Part shown: in pieces, positions 36,636-45,330 of the stretch | How the letters are laid out: the number at the start of each line of letters is the position of its first letter | Position numbering within the stretch: the stretch's first letter is position 1 | Origin: Candidatus Parcubacteria bacterium | Lineage (GTDB): Bacteria; Patescibacteriota; Minisyncoccia; Phycocordibacterales; Zambryskibacteraceae | NCBI GenBank assembly: GCA_019661865.1 | Contig: JAIFWJ010000001.1 | Span: forward strand, 43,290-107,289 | Direction of reading: 5' to 3' | DNA length: 64,000 nt | Notes under the pieces: generated by a model | Database searches by the model: none | The model's input: only the letters and a program-made list of their open reading frames with translations | Told to the model about the DNA's origin: nothing | Translations under genes and position numbers: made by a program

Positions 36636-38108
36636 GTGGCTTCCATTGAAGAGATAAGAGAGGCACGTCTGAGAAAGTTAGAGATTCTCAAGGAGAAGGG
36701 TATTAATCCGTACCCTATTGATTCTCATTTCGATAAAACACTTAAAGAAGTTCTCGGAGAGTTTGAGAGTTTGAAAGATAAAGGCAAGCTTACTCTTCTG
36801 GGACGTATTCTCTCTATTCGTGCACAGGGGAAGATTGTATTTTTCGACATTCACGATGGCACAGGCAAGTTCCAGGGGTTACTTAAGCGGGGAGAACCTA
36901 CTTCCGAGAGCGATTTTGATCTATTCAATGAGACTTTCGACATAGGGGATTTCATAGAGGTTAAAGGCACACTATTTTTAACCAAGAAAGAAGAAAAAAC
37001 TATTTTGGTGGAAAGTCTAAGAATGCTTTCTAAGTCTTTGCGCCCGCTTCCAGAGAAGTGGCATGGTCTCACTGATACCGAAGAGAGATTCAGAAAGAGA
37101 TACCTCGATACTCTCTCGAATGAAGAAGTTAAAACGAGATTCATAACACGTGCCAGGGTGGTGCAAGAGTTAAGAAGAGCACTTGAGGAGAGGGGATTTA
37201 TCGAGACGGAGACTCCGGCCCTCCAGCCACTATATGGCGGAGCATCTGCAGAACCTTTCGTCACTCATCATAATGCACTCGACATGGATCTGTATCTTCG
37301 TATATCTGATGAGCTGTATCTCAAGAGACTTCTTATAGGAGGATTTCCACGAGTGTATGAATTTGCCAGAGATTTCAGAAATGAGGGAATAGACTCCACA
37401 CATAACCCCGAATTTACCATGCTCGAGTTCTATGAAGCATATTCTGATGCAGAAAAGCAGCGTGAGTTTGTGGAAGATATGATAAGAAGAGTGGTGAAGG
37501 CAGTGAGCTCAGACGGGATTATAAATTTTGACGAAAACCGGATTGATTTTAATAGTAAATTTAAAGTAGAGAAGTATGCAGATGTACTCAGTGCTCATAC
37601 AGAGCTTATAGACCCACTTAACGCCACTCGTGAGGACTTGGTGACAGAAGCAGAGAGGCTCGGAGTAGAAGTGGAGCACTCGGACAGCGCAGTGAAGATC
37701 TTAGACGGCATATTTAAGCGTGCCGTGAGACCGAACCTCATGGAGCCTACCTTCCTTATAGATTATCCAGTAGATTATTTGCCACTTACCAAACGCTTAC
37801 CTCTAAGTGATAAGCTTGTGGATGCATTTCAATTTTATGCTGGGAGTTTCGAACTTGTAAAAGCCTTTTCAGAATTAAATGATCCCTTAGATCAGCGTGC
37901 ACGCTTCGAAGCACAGGAGAAAGTGTTAAAGAAAGGGGAAAAGGATGCGCAACCACTCGACGAAGAATTTTTAGAAGCCATGGAATACGGCATGCCGCCA
38001 GCCGGTGGGGTGGGTATTGGTATAGACCGTCTAACCATGCTTCTCACAGGAGCCAGGAACATCAAGGAAGTAATTCTCTTCCCAACACTTCGCCCACGAA
38101 ACGACTAA
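36636..38108 (+). CDS. lysS: Lysyl-tRNA synthetase (class II)
   Basis: OB anticodon-binding domain and class II motifs (FRNEG..., GGVGIGIDRL). Confidence 0.95.
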   Translation: MASIEEIREARLRKLEILKEKGINPYPIDSHFDKTLKEVLGEFESLKDKGKLTLLGRILSIRAQGKIVFFDIHDGTGKFQGLLKRGEPTSESDFDLFNETFDIGDFIEVKGTLFLTKKEEKTILVESLRMLSKSLRPLPEKWHGLTDTEERFRKRYLDTLSNEEVKTRFITRARVVQELRRALEERGFIETETPALQPLYGGASAEPFVTHHNALDMDLYLRISDELYLKRLLIGGFPRVYEFARDFRNEGIDSTHNPEFTMLEFYEAYSDAEKQREFVEDMIRRVVKAVSSDGIINFDENRIDFNSKFKVEKYADVLSAHTELIDPLNATREDLVTEAERLGVEVEHSDSAVKILDGIFKRAVRPNLMEPTFLIDYPVDYLPLTKRLPLSDKLVDAFQFYAGSFELVKAFSELNDPLDQRARFEAQEKVLKKGEKDAQPLDEEFLEAMEYGMPPAGGVGIGIDRLTMLLTGARNIKEVILFPTLRPRND

Positions 38109-38177
38109 TATAGTAAGTTTGACTTGTTTATAATTATTGTGTTATAATAATAAAAGGATATTTCTATGTGAGGTCAA

Positions 38178-38510
38178 ATGGCTGATCTTGTAACGTGGAT
38201 CTATACACCAGATCAAGCTGCGGAAGTGTACATGATGGAAAAGTATAACGGTGCCCATCCGCATGAGATTGATTACGATCCTGTTCAGGAGTTCTGGACA
38301 CCTGTAGGAATTCTACTTTACTTTCTCGTCTATGATCTGGAACGGGTTTATACCTTGGTTCTTGGATTCAAACATGGGGAAGTAAAGAAGCTATCTCACG
38401 GTCGGATGGCAGTGAATTTCGAACCAATTGAAGGTAGAAATGACCGCAAAGAAATTCTCGAAGAATTAAAGCTTGCGCACGCAGTGCTCCCGATTGAGTT
38501 CTACGAGTGA
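38178..38510 (+). CDS. Hypothetical protein
   Basis: 110 aa; followed by a terminator. Confidence 0.4.
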   Translation: MADLVTWIYTPDQAAEVYMMEKYNGAHPHEIDYDPVQEFWTPVGILLYFLVYDLERVYTLVLGFKHGEVKKLSHGRMAVNFEPIEGRNDRKEILEELKLAHAVLPIEFYE

Positions 38511-38536
38511 GGCGCTCCAGTGGGGCGCTTTTTTAT
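38510..38536 (+). terminator. Intrinsic terminator
   Basis: ggcgctcc-agt-ggggcgc followed by TTTTTTATTT. Confidence 0.55.
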
Positions 38537-38612
38537 TTGGAAATGATTTTGAGGTCTTGGCAATAGGAAAAGTGGATAACTAGTATAGTCTAGTGGTATC
38601 CAGTGGAATAAA

Positions 38613-39074
38613 ATGGAACCCAGTGGGGGAAAGTGGGATATGTTTATCGGCGAATATACACATACGGTTGATGATAAGAATCGCATAAGCCTTCCCGCAA
38701 AGTTCAGGAAGGAACTTGGTGCAAAAATTGTGGTCACTCGCGGATTGGACAATTGTTTATTCCTCTTCCCTCACAAGACCTGGAAGACTATCTCAGAAGA
38801 GTTGTCGAAACTAGGTCTTATGCAAGCAGACACTAGAGGATTCTCTCGCTTCATGTTTAGCGGAGCATCCGAAATAGACGTAGATTCACAAGGCAGAGTG
38901 CTTATACCAGACTTTCTTAAAGACTTTGCCAAACTACAAACCACAGTTGTGTTTGCTGGAGTGCATGATCGTATAGAGATCTGGTCCGATGGTCGCTGGA
39001 ATGAATACAAAAAGCACATCGAGTCCCAGGCCGACATGATGGCTGAGAAGCTAGGCAGTGTCGGTATCAAGTGA
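38613..39074 (+). CDS. mraZ: Transcriptional regulator MraZ
   Basis: MFIGEYTHTVDDKNRISLPAKFR; two MraZ repeats. Confidence 0.9.
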   Translation: MEPSGGKWDMFIGEYTHTVDDKNRISLPAKFRKELGAKIVVTRGLDNCLFLFPHKTWKTISEELSKLGLMQADTRGFSRFMFSGASEIDVDSQGRVLIPDFLKDFAKLQTTVVFAGVHDRIEIWSDGRWNEYKKHIESQADMMAEKLGSVGIK

Positions 39075-39960
39075 CATGCACACACCCGTACTTCTAAATG
39101 AGAGTCTGGAAATGCTTGCGCTTAAAGGTGGTGACGTCTTCGTTGATGGAACCATTGGTAGCGGCGGGCATAGTGCCGAGGTAGCGAAGCGCTTCGGGGA
39201 TGATATAGAAATAGTCGGTATAGACAGAGACAGAGATGCGCTAGCACGAAGTGAGGAGAGGTTGCGGACTTTAACTCACTCAAGTTACCTCAAGCTTGCG
39301 AGCTTCAAGGACCTGGGGAAAGTTCTCGATGGTCTTGGGATCTCGAGGGCCAGTGCGATACTACTTGATCTTGGAATATCGAGTAACCAGATTGAAGAAT
39401 CTGGTAGAGGATTCTCCTTTCAGAGAGATGAACCTCTGATGATGACTATGTCCAAGGAAAAGGATGAGCTTAACGCTCGTCACATCCTCAACACTTGGGA
39501 TGAGTCAACACTAGAGGTGGTCATCCGCGGATTCGGAGAAGAAAAGTATTCTCGTAAGATAGCGCACGAGATCGTTACGAGAAGAGATAAAAGACCGTTT
39601 GAACGGACTGGTGACCTGGTGGACGCTGTTATGGCTGCCACTCCAGAGAGGTATCATCACGGAAAGACTCATCCTGCTACACGCACATTCCAAGCCATAC
39701 GTATCGCTGTAAATGAAGAACTCACAGTCCTTGAGGAAGGACTTAAGGAGGGCTTCAGAGTGCTTGCTCCCGGAGGAAGGTTGGCTGTCATATCCTTCCA
39801 CAGTCTGGAGGACAGAATTGTAAAAAACTTTTTCAAAGATTTAGCGCAGAAAAATTTGGGGAAACTCATCACCAAGAAGCCTGTCACGCCTAGTGAAGCT
39901 GAGGTGAAGGGGAATCCTCGCTCCCGAAGTGCCAAACTTCGGGCCATAGAAAAAATATGA
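39058..39960 (+). CDS. rsmH: 16S rRNA (cytosine1402-N4)-methyltransferase RsmH
   Basis: HTPVLL...DGTIGSGGHS... Confidence 0.95.
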   Translation: MSVSSDMHTPVLLNESLEMLALKGGDVFVDGTIGSGGHSAEVAKRFGDDIEIVGIDRDRDALARSEERLRTLTHSSYLKLASFKDLGKVLDGLGISRASAILLDLGISSNQIEESGRGFSFQRDEPLMMTMSKEKDELNARHILNTWDESTLEVVIRGFGEEKYSRKIAHEIVTRRDKRPFERTGDLVDAVMAATPERYHHGKTHPATRTFQAIRIAVNEELTVLEEGLKEGFRVLAPGGRLAVISFHSLEDRIVKNFFKDLAQKNLGKLITKKPVTPSEAEVKGNPRSRSAKLRAIEKI

Positions 39961-40283
39961 GGCTCTTTACTCAAGTCAGTCAAGCAATTTCTTACGACAC
40001 ACGCAAAAAGATGTTTTGGATTTGTGTGTCGGCAACATTACTTTCACTCGTCATATATATTTATGCGGTTAATTCCGCTGTGCGTAACACAGTGGCGAGG
40101 AAGGATCTAGAGAGTCGGATAGCATTGGTAAGTACTCACTTGAGTGAAATGGAGTTCAAGTATATTAGTCTTAAAAATAAGGTAGACTTGAAGTTAGCCT
40201 TGAACCGAGGTTTCAAGGAAGTGACCACTCCTGTATTCATCTCCCGCTCTTCATCTCGTTCACTCTCGTTCAACACCAAGTAA
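39957..40283 (+). CDS. ftsL: Cell division protein FtsL-like (single TM plus coiled coil)
   Basis: Position between rsmH and ftsI; TM helix. Confidence 0.5.
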   Translation: MRLFTQVSQAISYDTRKKMFWICVSATLLSLVIYIYAVNSAVRNTVARKDLESRIALVSTHLSEMEFKYISLKNKVDLKLALNRGFKEVTTPVFISRSSSRSLSFNTK

Positions 40284-40290
40284 CTAACTT

Positions 40291-42039
40291 ATGAAATATT
40301 CGGCAGGCAGGCTACGCTTTTTTTCGATCTGTATAATAATTTTCGCTATTGTTTTAATCGTGAAGTTATATTTCGTCCAGGTAGTCTCGAGCGATATATA
40401 TAAGGAGAAAGCAGAGCATCAATACGTAGCAGGAGCCAACTACTTCGACCGAGGCACGATCTATTTTTCTTCCAAGGATGGCACCTTAGTTCCGGGAGCG
40501 AGTGTGAAATCCGGATTTGTCCTGGCTATAAATCCTGAAATTCTTACTCTTAATTCTGATACCCAACTACAAGCTATATATGACAAGATTGCTAATACAG
40601 GAGCCATAAATGATAGTGAAGAGTTCTATGCCAAGGTGCACAAGCAAGATGATCCATATGAAGAGCTGGCAAGTAAGCTTTCTACTGAGACCGGACAGCG
40701 TATTGAAAATCTTGAAATACCAGGAGTGACTGTTTATAAAAACAAATGGAGAATTTATCCTGGTGGAAGCATGGCCGCTCAAGCAGTGGGGTTGATTGGC
40801 TACAAGGGCGATGAGCTGGCAGGCAGGTATGGACTTGAAAGGTATTATGAAAACGTATTAAAGAGAAGTGGTGACGAAGCATTCGTAAACTTCTTCGCAG
40901 AAATATTTTCTAATATAAAGAAGTCAGTAACTCCAGGAGACTCTCCAGAGGGAGACATAGTCACGACCATTGAGCCCTCGGTAGAATCTTTCTTGGAAGA
41001 TGAGCTTATTAAGGTCGAGAATACTTACTCATCAGAGTTTAGTGGTGGAGTTATCATAGATCCCAATACCGGGGAGATATACGCTATGGCAGAGAATCCA
41101 ACCTTCAATCCAAACGATCTGAGTTCTGTCGCTGAACCAGAAGTATTTCGAAATAAGTCTATCGAGGACAGGTACGAAATGGGTTCCATCATTAAAGCAC
41201 TCACCATGGCTGCTGGTATCGACACAGGCGCGGTGACACCCACTACCACATATAATGACCCTGGCTGCGAAACACTAAACCGAAAAACTTTTTGTAACTA
41301 CGACGGAGTTTCCCATGGCAACAACCTGACCATGCAAACAGTTCTTAATAAGTCACTTAATACTGGAGTAGCGTTCGTCGTTAGTAAAATGGGGAACTCT
41401 AAGTTCCGAGATTATTTTAAAAATTATGGACTTGGAGACCTTACTGGTATAGATCTGCCGAACGAGGGCAAGTCGCTGGTTTCTAACCTAGACACTGGTC
41501 GTGACTTGGAGTATGCCCAAGCTTCCTTCGGACAAGGTATTGCACTTACGCCCATCGTAACAGTCAGAGCTCTCTCTACACTTGCTAACGGCGGATACCT
41601 TATTACTCCACACTTAGTTAAGGAGGTTGATTATAAAATTGGAACTAAGAAAACTATCGAACCAGAGAAAGGTAGGCAAGTCTTAAAAACTCAGACTACA
41701 GAAACCATATCTAGAATGCTTACAGGTGTAGTAGATAATGCTCTTAAGAACGGTACAGTGCGTTTACCCCATTACTCTGTGGCAGCCAAGACCGGTACCG
41801 CTCAGATTGCCAAACCAGGAGGTGGAGGATACTATGAAGATCGATACCTGCATTCCTTCTTCGGCTACTTCCCCTCATATGATCCTAAATTCTTAATTTT
41901 TCTCTATACTTATTATCCCAAGAATGTCCAATATGCCTCAGAGACCCTCACAGACTCATTTATCGACCTTACTAAGTTCCTCATTAACTATTATTCCATT
42001 CCTCCAGACAGAGACGCACCTCCACCACCTGCACGTTAA
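40291..42039 (+). CDS. ftsI: Penicillin-binding protein FtsI (divisome transpeptidase)
   Basis: PBP dimerisation and transpeptidase domains; KTGTAQ. Confidence 0.85.
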   Translation: MKYSAGRLRFFSICIIIFAIVLIVKLYFVQVVSSDIYKEKAEHQYVAGANYFDRGTIYFSSKDGTLVPGASVKSGFVLAINPEILTLNSDTQLQAIYDKIANTGAINDSEEFYAKVHKQDDPYEELASKLSTETGQRIENLEIPGVTVYKNKWRIYPGGSMAAQAVGLIGYKGDELAGRYGLERYYENVLKRSGDEAFVNFFAEIFSNIKKSVTPGDSPEGDIVTTIEPSVESFLEDELIKVENTYSSEFSGGVIIDPNTGEIYAMAENPTFNPNDLSSVAEPEVFRNKSIEDRYEMGSIIKALTMAAGIDTGAVTPTTTYNDPGCETLNRKTFCNYDGVSHGNNLTMQTVLNKSLNTGVAFVVSKMGNSKFRDYFKNYGLGDLTGIDLPNEGKSLVSNLDTGRDLEYAQASFGQGIALTPIVTVRALSTLANGGYLITPHLVKEVDYKIGTKKTIEPEKGRQVLKTQTTETISRMLTGVVDNALKNGTVRLPHYSVAAKTGTAQIAKPGGGGYYEDRYLHSFFGYFPSYDPKFLIFLYTYYPKNVQYASETLTDSFIDLTKFLINYYSIPPDRDAPPPPAR

Positions 42040-42044
42040 TAGTT

Positions 42045-43346
42045 ATGAAGGAGACGATTAAAGGAATAGTTATTTATATTCTTTCGGCCCTCTCGCGTGG
42101 AGTCTTGCGACGCTACCAGCCCAAGATTGTGGCAGTGACTGGTACAGTGGGAAAAACTTCAACTAAAGATGCAATCTATTTCGCTCTAACGCCTTTCGTT
42201 TCTGTCAGAAAAAGTCCGAAGAGCTTTAACAGTGAGCTTGGGGTGCCTCTTACTATCTTAGGTCAGAGGAATCCGGCCAATAATCCCTTAGGTTGGATTA
42301 AAGCAATACTTGATGGTATAGGACTTCTACTCCTGCCGAACCATTATCCCGAGTGGCTTGTGCTTGAAGTAGGGACGGACAGACCGGGGGATATCACCGC
42401 CTTAACTCGCTGGCTCAAGCCAGATATGGTAGTAGTTACCAAACTCTCTAAGGTTCCCGTACATGTAGAAGCTTTTGCTAACCCTGAGGATCTTTTCCGC
42501 GAGAAGGGGAGACTTGTGCAAGCGCTTAAACCTGGTGGAACTCTTATCCTAAACTCCGACGACGAAGATGTCTTGCGTTACAAAAATCTATCAGATGAAA
42601 ATATAATTTTATTTGGTAATGGTAACGGTTCAGACATTTCAGCTACAGGGTACGAGATTCTTTATGATGAAAATAAGATGCCCACTGGTATTAACTTCGC
42701 TGTTACATTCGCTGGTGAGGAGGATAAGCCATTACCCGCTGCCATACTAGGAACTGTAGGACAGCACAACATGTATCAAGTGCTGGCTGCCTTGGCTGTA
42801 GTTCGTGCCATGGGTGAAGATGTGGACTATGCAGCTTCTGCACTTAGACGACTCGAACCTGCACGAGGTAGAATGAGAATAATAGAAGGTATTAAAAGTG
42901 TAACTATTCTTGACGACACTTACAATTCTTCACCTGTTGCTCTGGAAGAAGCGCTGAAGACTCTTAAGAGTATTAAAGCTACTCGGAAGATTGCGGTCTT
43001 GGGTGACATGCTCGAGTTAGGGCGTTTCTCACTTGAAGAGCATAAGAAAGCTGGGGAAAGAGTTAAGAAGAGCGCGGGAGTGCTCCTTACTGTAGGAGTG
43101 CGCTCGAGAGCCATGGTAGAAGGAGCTTTAAGTGCAGGTATGGATGAAGGAAAAATATTCCAGTTCGATGACTCGCGAGAAGCGGGAAAGTTCTTAGAGC
43201 AAATTATGAAGAGAGGGGATCTCGTCTTAGTAAAAGGCTCTCAAGGTATGAGGATGGAGAGAGTAGTGGAGGAAGTGATGCTTCATCCGGAGGAAAAAGA
43301 GAAACTTCTTGCTAGACAAGATAAGGAGTGGCAAAGGAGGGGATAA
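42045..43346 (+). CDS. murF: UDP-N-acetylmuramoyl-tripeptide--D-alanyl-D-alanine ligase
   Basis: VTGTVGKTSTKD P-loop; Mur ligase middle and C domains. Confidence 0.85.
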   Translation: MKETIKGIVIYILSALSRGVLRRYQPKIVAVTGTVGKTSTKDAIYFALTPFVSVRKSPKSFNSELGVPLTILGQRNPANNPLGWIKAILDGIGLLLLPNHYPEWLVLEVGTDRPGDITALTRWLKPDMVVVTKLSKVPVHVEAFANPEDLFREKGRLVQALKPGGTLILNSDDEDVLRYKNLSDENIILFGNGNGSDISATGYEILYDENKMPTGINFAVTFAGEEDKPLPAAILGTVGQHNMYQVLAALAVVRAMGEDVDYAASALRRLEPARGRMRIIEGIKSVTILDDTYNSSPVALEEALKTLKSIKATRKIAVLGDMLELGRFSLEEHKKAGERVKKSAGVLLTVGVRSRAMVEGALSAGMDEGKIFQFDDSREAGKFLEQIMKRGDLVLVKGSQGMRMERVVEEVMLHPEEKEKLLARQDKEWQRRG

Positions 43347-43369
43347 AACGTCCCGCAAGCTTGCGGGAC
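43343..43369 (-). terminator. Hairpin terminator downstream of tRNA-Glu (minus strand); also ends murF
   Basis: gtcccgca-agct-tgcgggac with a minus-strand GTTTTAT. Confidence 0.45.
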
Positions 43370-43428
43370 ATGTCTCCGACTTCAAAAATTACCCACAGCC
43401 AAAGCAGTTTGCCTGTTTTACATAATTT

Positions 43429-43500
43429 TTGACCCTACGGGGAATCGAACCCCGCTTTGAAGCTTGAGAAGCTTCCGTCCTAGCCGATAGACGATAGGGC
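43429..43500 (-). tRNA. tRNA-Glu (anticodon CTC)
   Basis: Manual cloverleaf: acceptor GGCCCTA/TAGGGTC, D-arm GTCT..GGAC, anticodon stem GAAGC/GCTTC with loop TTCTCAA, T-arm CGGGG-TTCGATT-CCCCG. Confidence 0.75.
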
Positions 43501-43566
43501 CGTAGTGAGAAAGCATAGCAAATTGGCCGTTTTTATGCTATAGTTTGGGCGGACTTCTTTGGAGGA

Positions 43567-43923
43567 ATGGACATGGATAGACGTAAACGTCTGTGGTTTG
43601 TCGAGCCTTTAGACGAGGATACTAGCAAGGCCATCGCTCGAGTCGTTGCTGAAGAGCTTGATGAGAAGGCTGCACCTCGACGCGTCAAGGGTAGACCAAA
43701 CCCGGTTCCGACCTGGAGGTGCACAGAAATCCAGGCTCGATACTTCGTACGCAGTCGCGTGAGCGAGCACCTCAAGTTCTACCTCTATACTTGCTTGGAG
43801 GGCGACCGTCTCCAAAAGGTTTCTCTGAATCCCGAAAAGAATCAGAGTATCCTCGAGGTTAGGAAGATGGTACAGAACCAGCTTAAGCGTCCGCTTAAGT
43901 ACCCCCCGCAGCTAGTTCGCTAG
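43567..43923 (+). CDS. Hypothetical protein (GC-rich, strong GGAGG RBS)
   Basis: 118 aa; local GC is clearly above the window background. Confidence 0.4.
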   Translation: MDMDRRKRLWFVEPLDEDTSKAIARVVAEELDEKAAPRRVKGRPNPVPTWRCTEIQARYFVRSRVSEHLKFYLYTCLEGDRLQKVSLNPEKNQSILEVRKMVQNQLKRPLKYPPQLVR

Positions 43924-43950
43924 TTGCGGTTTTTCTTTTATAATTAGCAC

Positions 43951-44202
43951 ATGACGTTTAAAGAGAAAGTTTATAAAGTAGTAGAAACCATACCCAAGGG
44001 CTCAGTTCTGACATATAAGGAGGTGGCGAGAAAGATTGGCTCACCACGTGCGTTTAGAGCAGTGGGTAATGTACTAAATAAAAATGTAGATCCCAATGTA
44101 CCTTGCCACAGGGTTATAAGAAGTGATGGGAAGATTGGTGGGTACAGAGATGGACACGACTTTAAGGTTGTACGCTTGAGGGCAGAGGGATATGCGTGCT
44201 AA
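43951..44202 (+). CDS. Stand-alone methylated-DNA-protein-cysteine methyltransferase (MGMT/Ogt) DNA-binding/active-site domain
   Basis: VPCHRVIRSDGKIGGY carries the PCHR active-site Cys motif; 83 aa. Confidence 0.7.
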   Translation: MTFKEKVYKVVETIPKGSVLTYKEVARKIGSPRAFRAVGNVLNKNVDPNVPCHRVIRSDGKIGGYRDGHDFKVVRLRAEGYAC

Positions 44203-44252
44203 CATTCATTAGACCTGACCTTAAACTCTAAGACCCGAAGGGGGTGAGCAAG

Positions 44253-44570
44253 ATGCCTGCGAGGCGATCTGGGCCATCCACCTGGTGGATTGGTCCTAGA
44301 ATTACCGGGGATAATAAGACCCGAGATGAGCTCATGAAGAAACTCGGTGGATTCGATGGGGTCGAAGTACGAGAGAGATGGAAGAGATGTGGCGTCGACC
44401 AAGGACTTCGTAGTCTCTTGCAATGCGACAGGGAGTTTGCTGACCTGATGCTTAGCATGAGAGGTATGAAGGACCGTGTGCTCGCATTCCGATGGTATGA
44501 AGACGGCACACTCGAGGAGTATTGGCCTCATGGTCGGTCGCCGACTTCCAACTCGGAAGCTGCCGACTAA
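44253..44570 (+). CDS. Hypothetical protein (GC-rich)
   Basis: ATG with an AGGGGGTGA SD; 105 aa; terminator downstream. Confidence 0.4.
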   Translation: MPARRSGPSTWWIGPRITGDNKTRDELMKKLGGFDGVEVRERWKRCGVDQGLRSLLQCDREFADLMLSMRGMKDRVLAFRWYEDGTLEEYWPHGRSPTSNSEAAD

Positions 44571-44596
44571 CCGCGCCCCAGGGTGCGGTTTTTGTT
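44570..44596 (+). terminator. Intrinsic terminator
   Basis: ccgcgccc..gggtgcgg followed by TTTTTGTTT. Confidence 0.45.
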
Positions 44597-44615
44597 TATT
44601 TGGTAGAATACTGAC

Positions 44616-45086
44616 ATGGGATTTTCACACGAAAGTTATATAAATGAACTGAACTCTGAGTTTCCTGAAGAAATGTCTGCACATGTGGCAGAAGTGATAG
44701 ACCATCCAACTCCTAATGTGTCAGAGGAATATCTCCTAGAATTGTGTGGTGATGACGAAGAATTGAAGGAACTACTTGATGAAATGTTTGAATATTTCTA
44801 CAGATATACCCAGGATGTCTGTCTACAAGAGAGCGAGATTGCCAAGGGTATTACGAGAGAAAATGTTGATGAGATAAATAGAATGGACGAGATGAGGACC
44901 AGACTACATAACAGCATGATTGATTCAGTAAAAATCTTTGCTCGTAATTTACAGAAAAAGGGTAAGAGCGTGGAGTGGCTTACTAGCATTGACAATAGGG
45001 GTAGAGCAGGGTATGCTAGGCTGGCTCTTTTAACCACCTTCCTTGATATTATCAATCGAAGTCAAATTCCAAATCATGGAAGGTAA
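44616..45086 (+). CDS. Hypothetical protein
   Basis: 156 aa, acidic. Confidence 0.4.
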   Translation: MGFSHESYINELNSEFPEEMSAHVAEVIDHPTPNVSEEYLLELCGDDEELKELLDEMFEYFYRYTQDVCLQESEIAKGITRENVDEINRMDEMRTRLHNSMIDSVKIFARNLQKKGKSVEWLTSIDNRGRAGYARLALLTTFLDIINRSQIPNHGR

Positions 45087-45090
45087 TTCA

Positions 45091-45288
45091 ATGGAAAATA
45101 TCGGTCGCAAGTCTCTGATCCTGCACTTCGCAAGTTTATGTGCGAAGGAGCTCACTGAAGAAGATCCAGTAAAGCAAGAAAAGATAGAGAAGGAAAAGAA
45201 GGTCATAAGTTCTGGATTAGGAATGGATACTGCTGAGATCATTCTTGAGGCCAGTAATCTGATCACTCCGTCTGAAAATTCTGAATAA
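45091..45288 (+). CDS. Small hypothetical protein
   Basis: 65 aa; terminator downstream (45289-45310). Confidence 0.3.
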   Translation: MENIGRKSLILHFASLCAKELTEEDPVKQEKIEKEKKVISSGLGMDTAEIILEASNLITPSENSE

Positions 45289-45330
45289 ACTCGCCTAATG
45301 CGGGTTTTTTGATGTTACAATATTTATGAA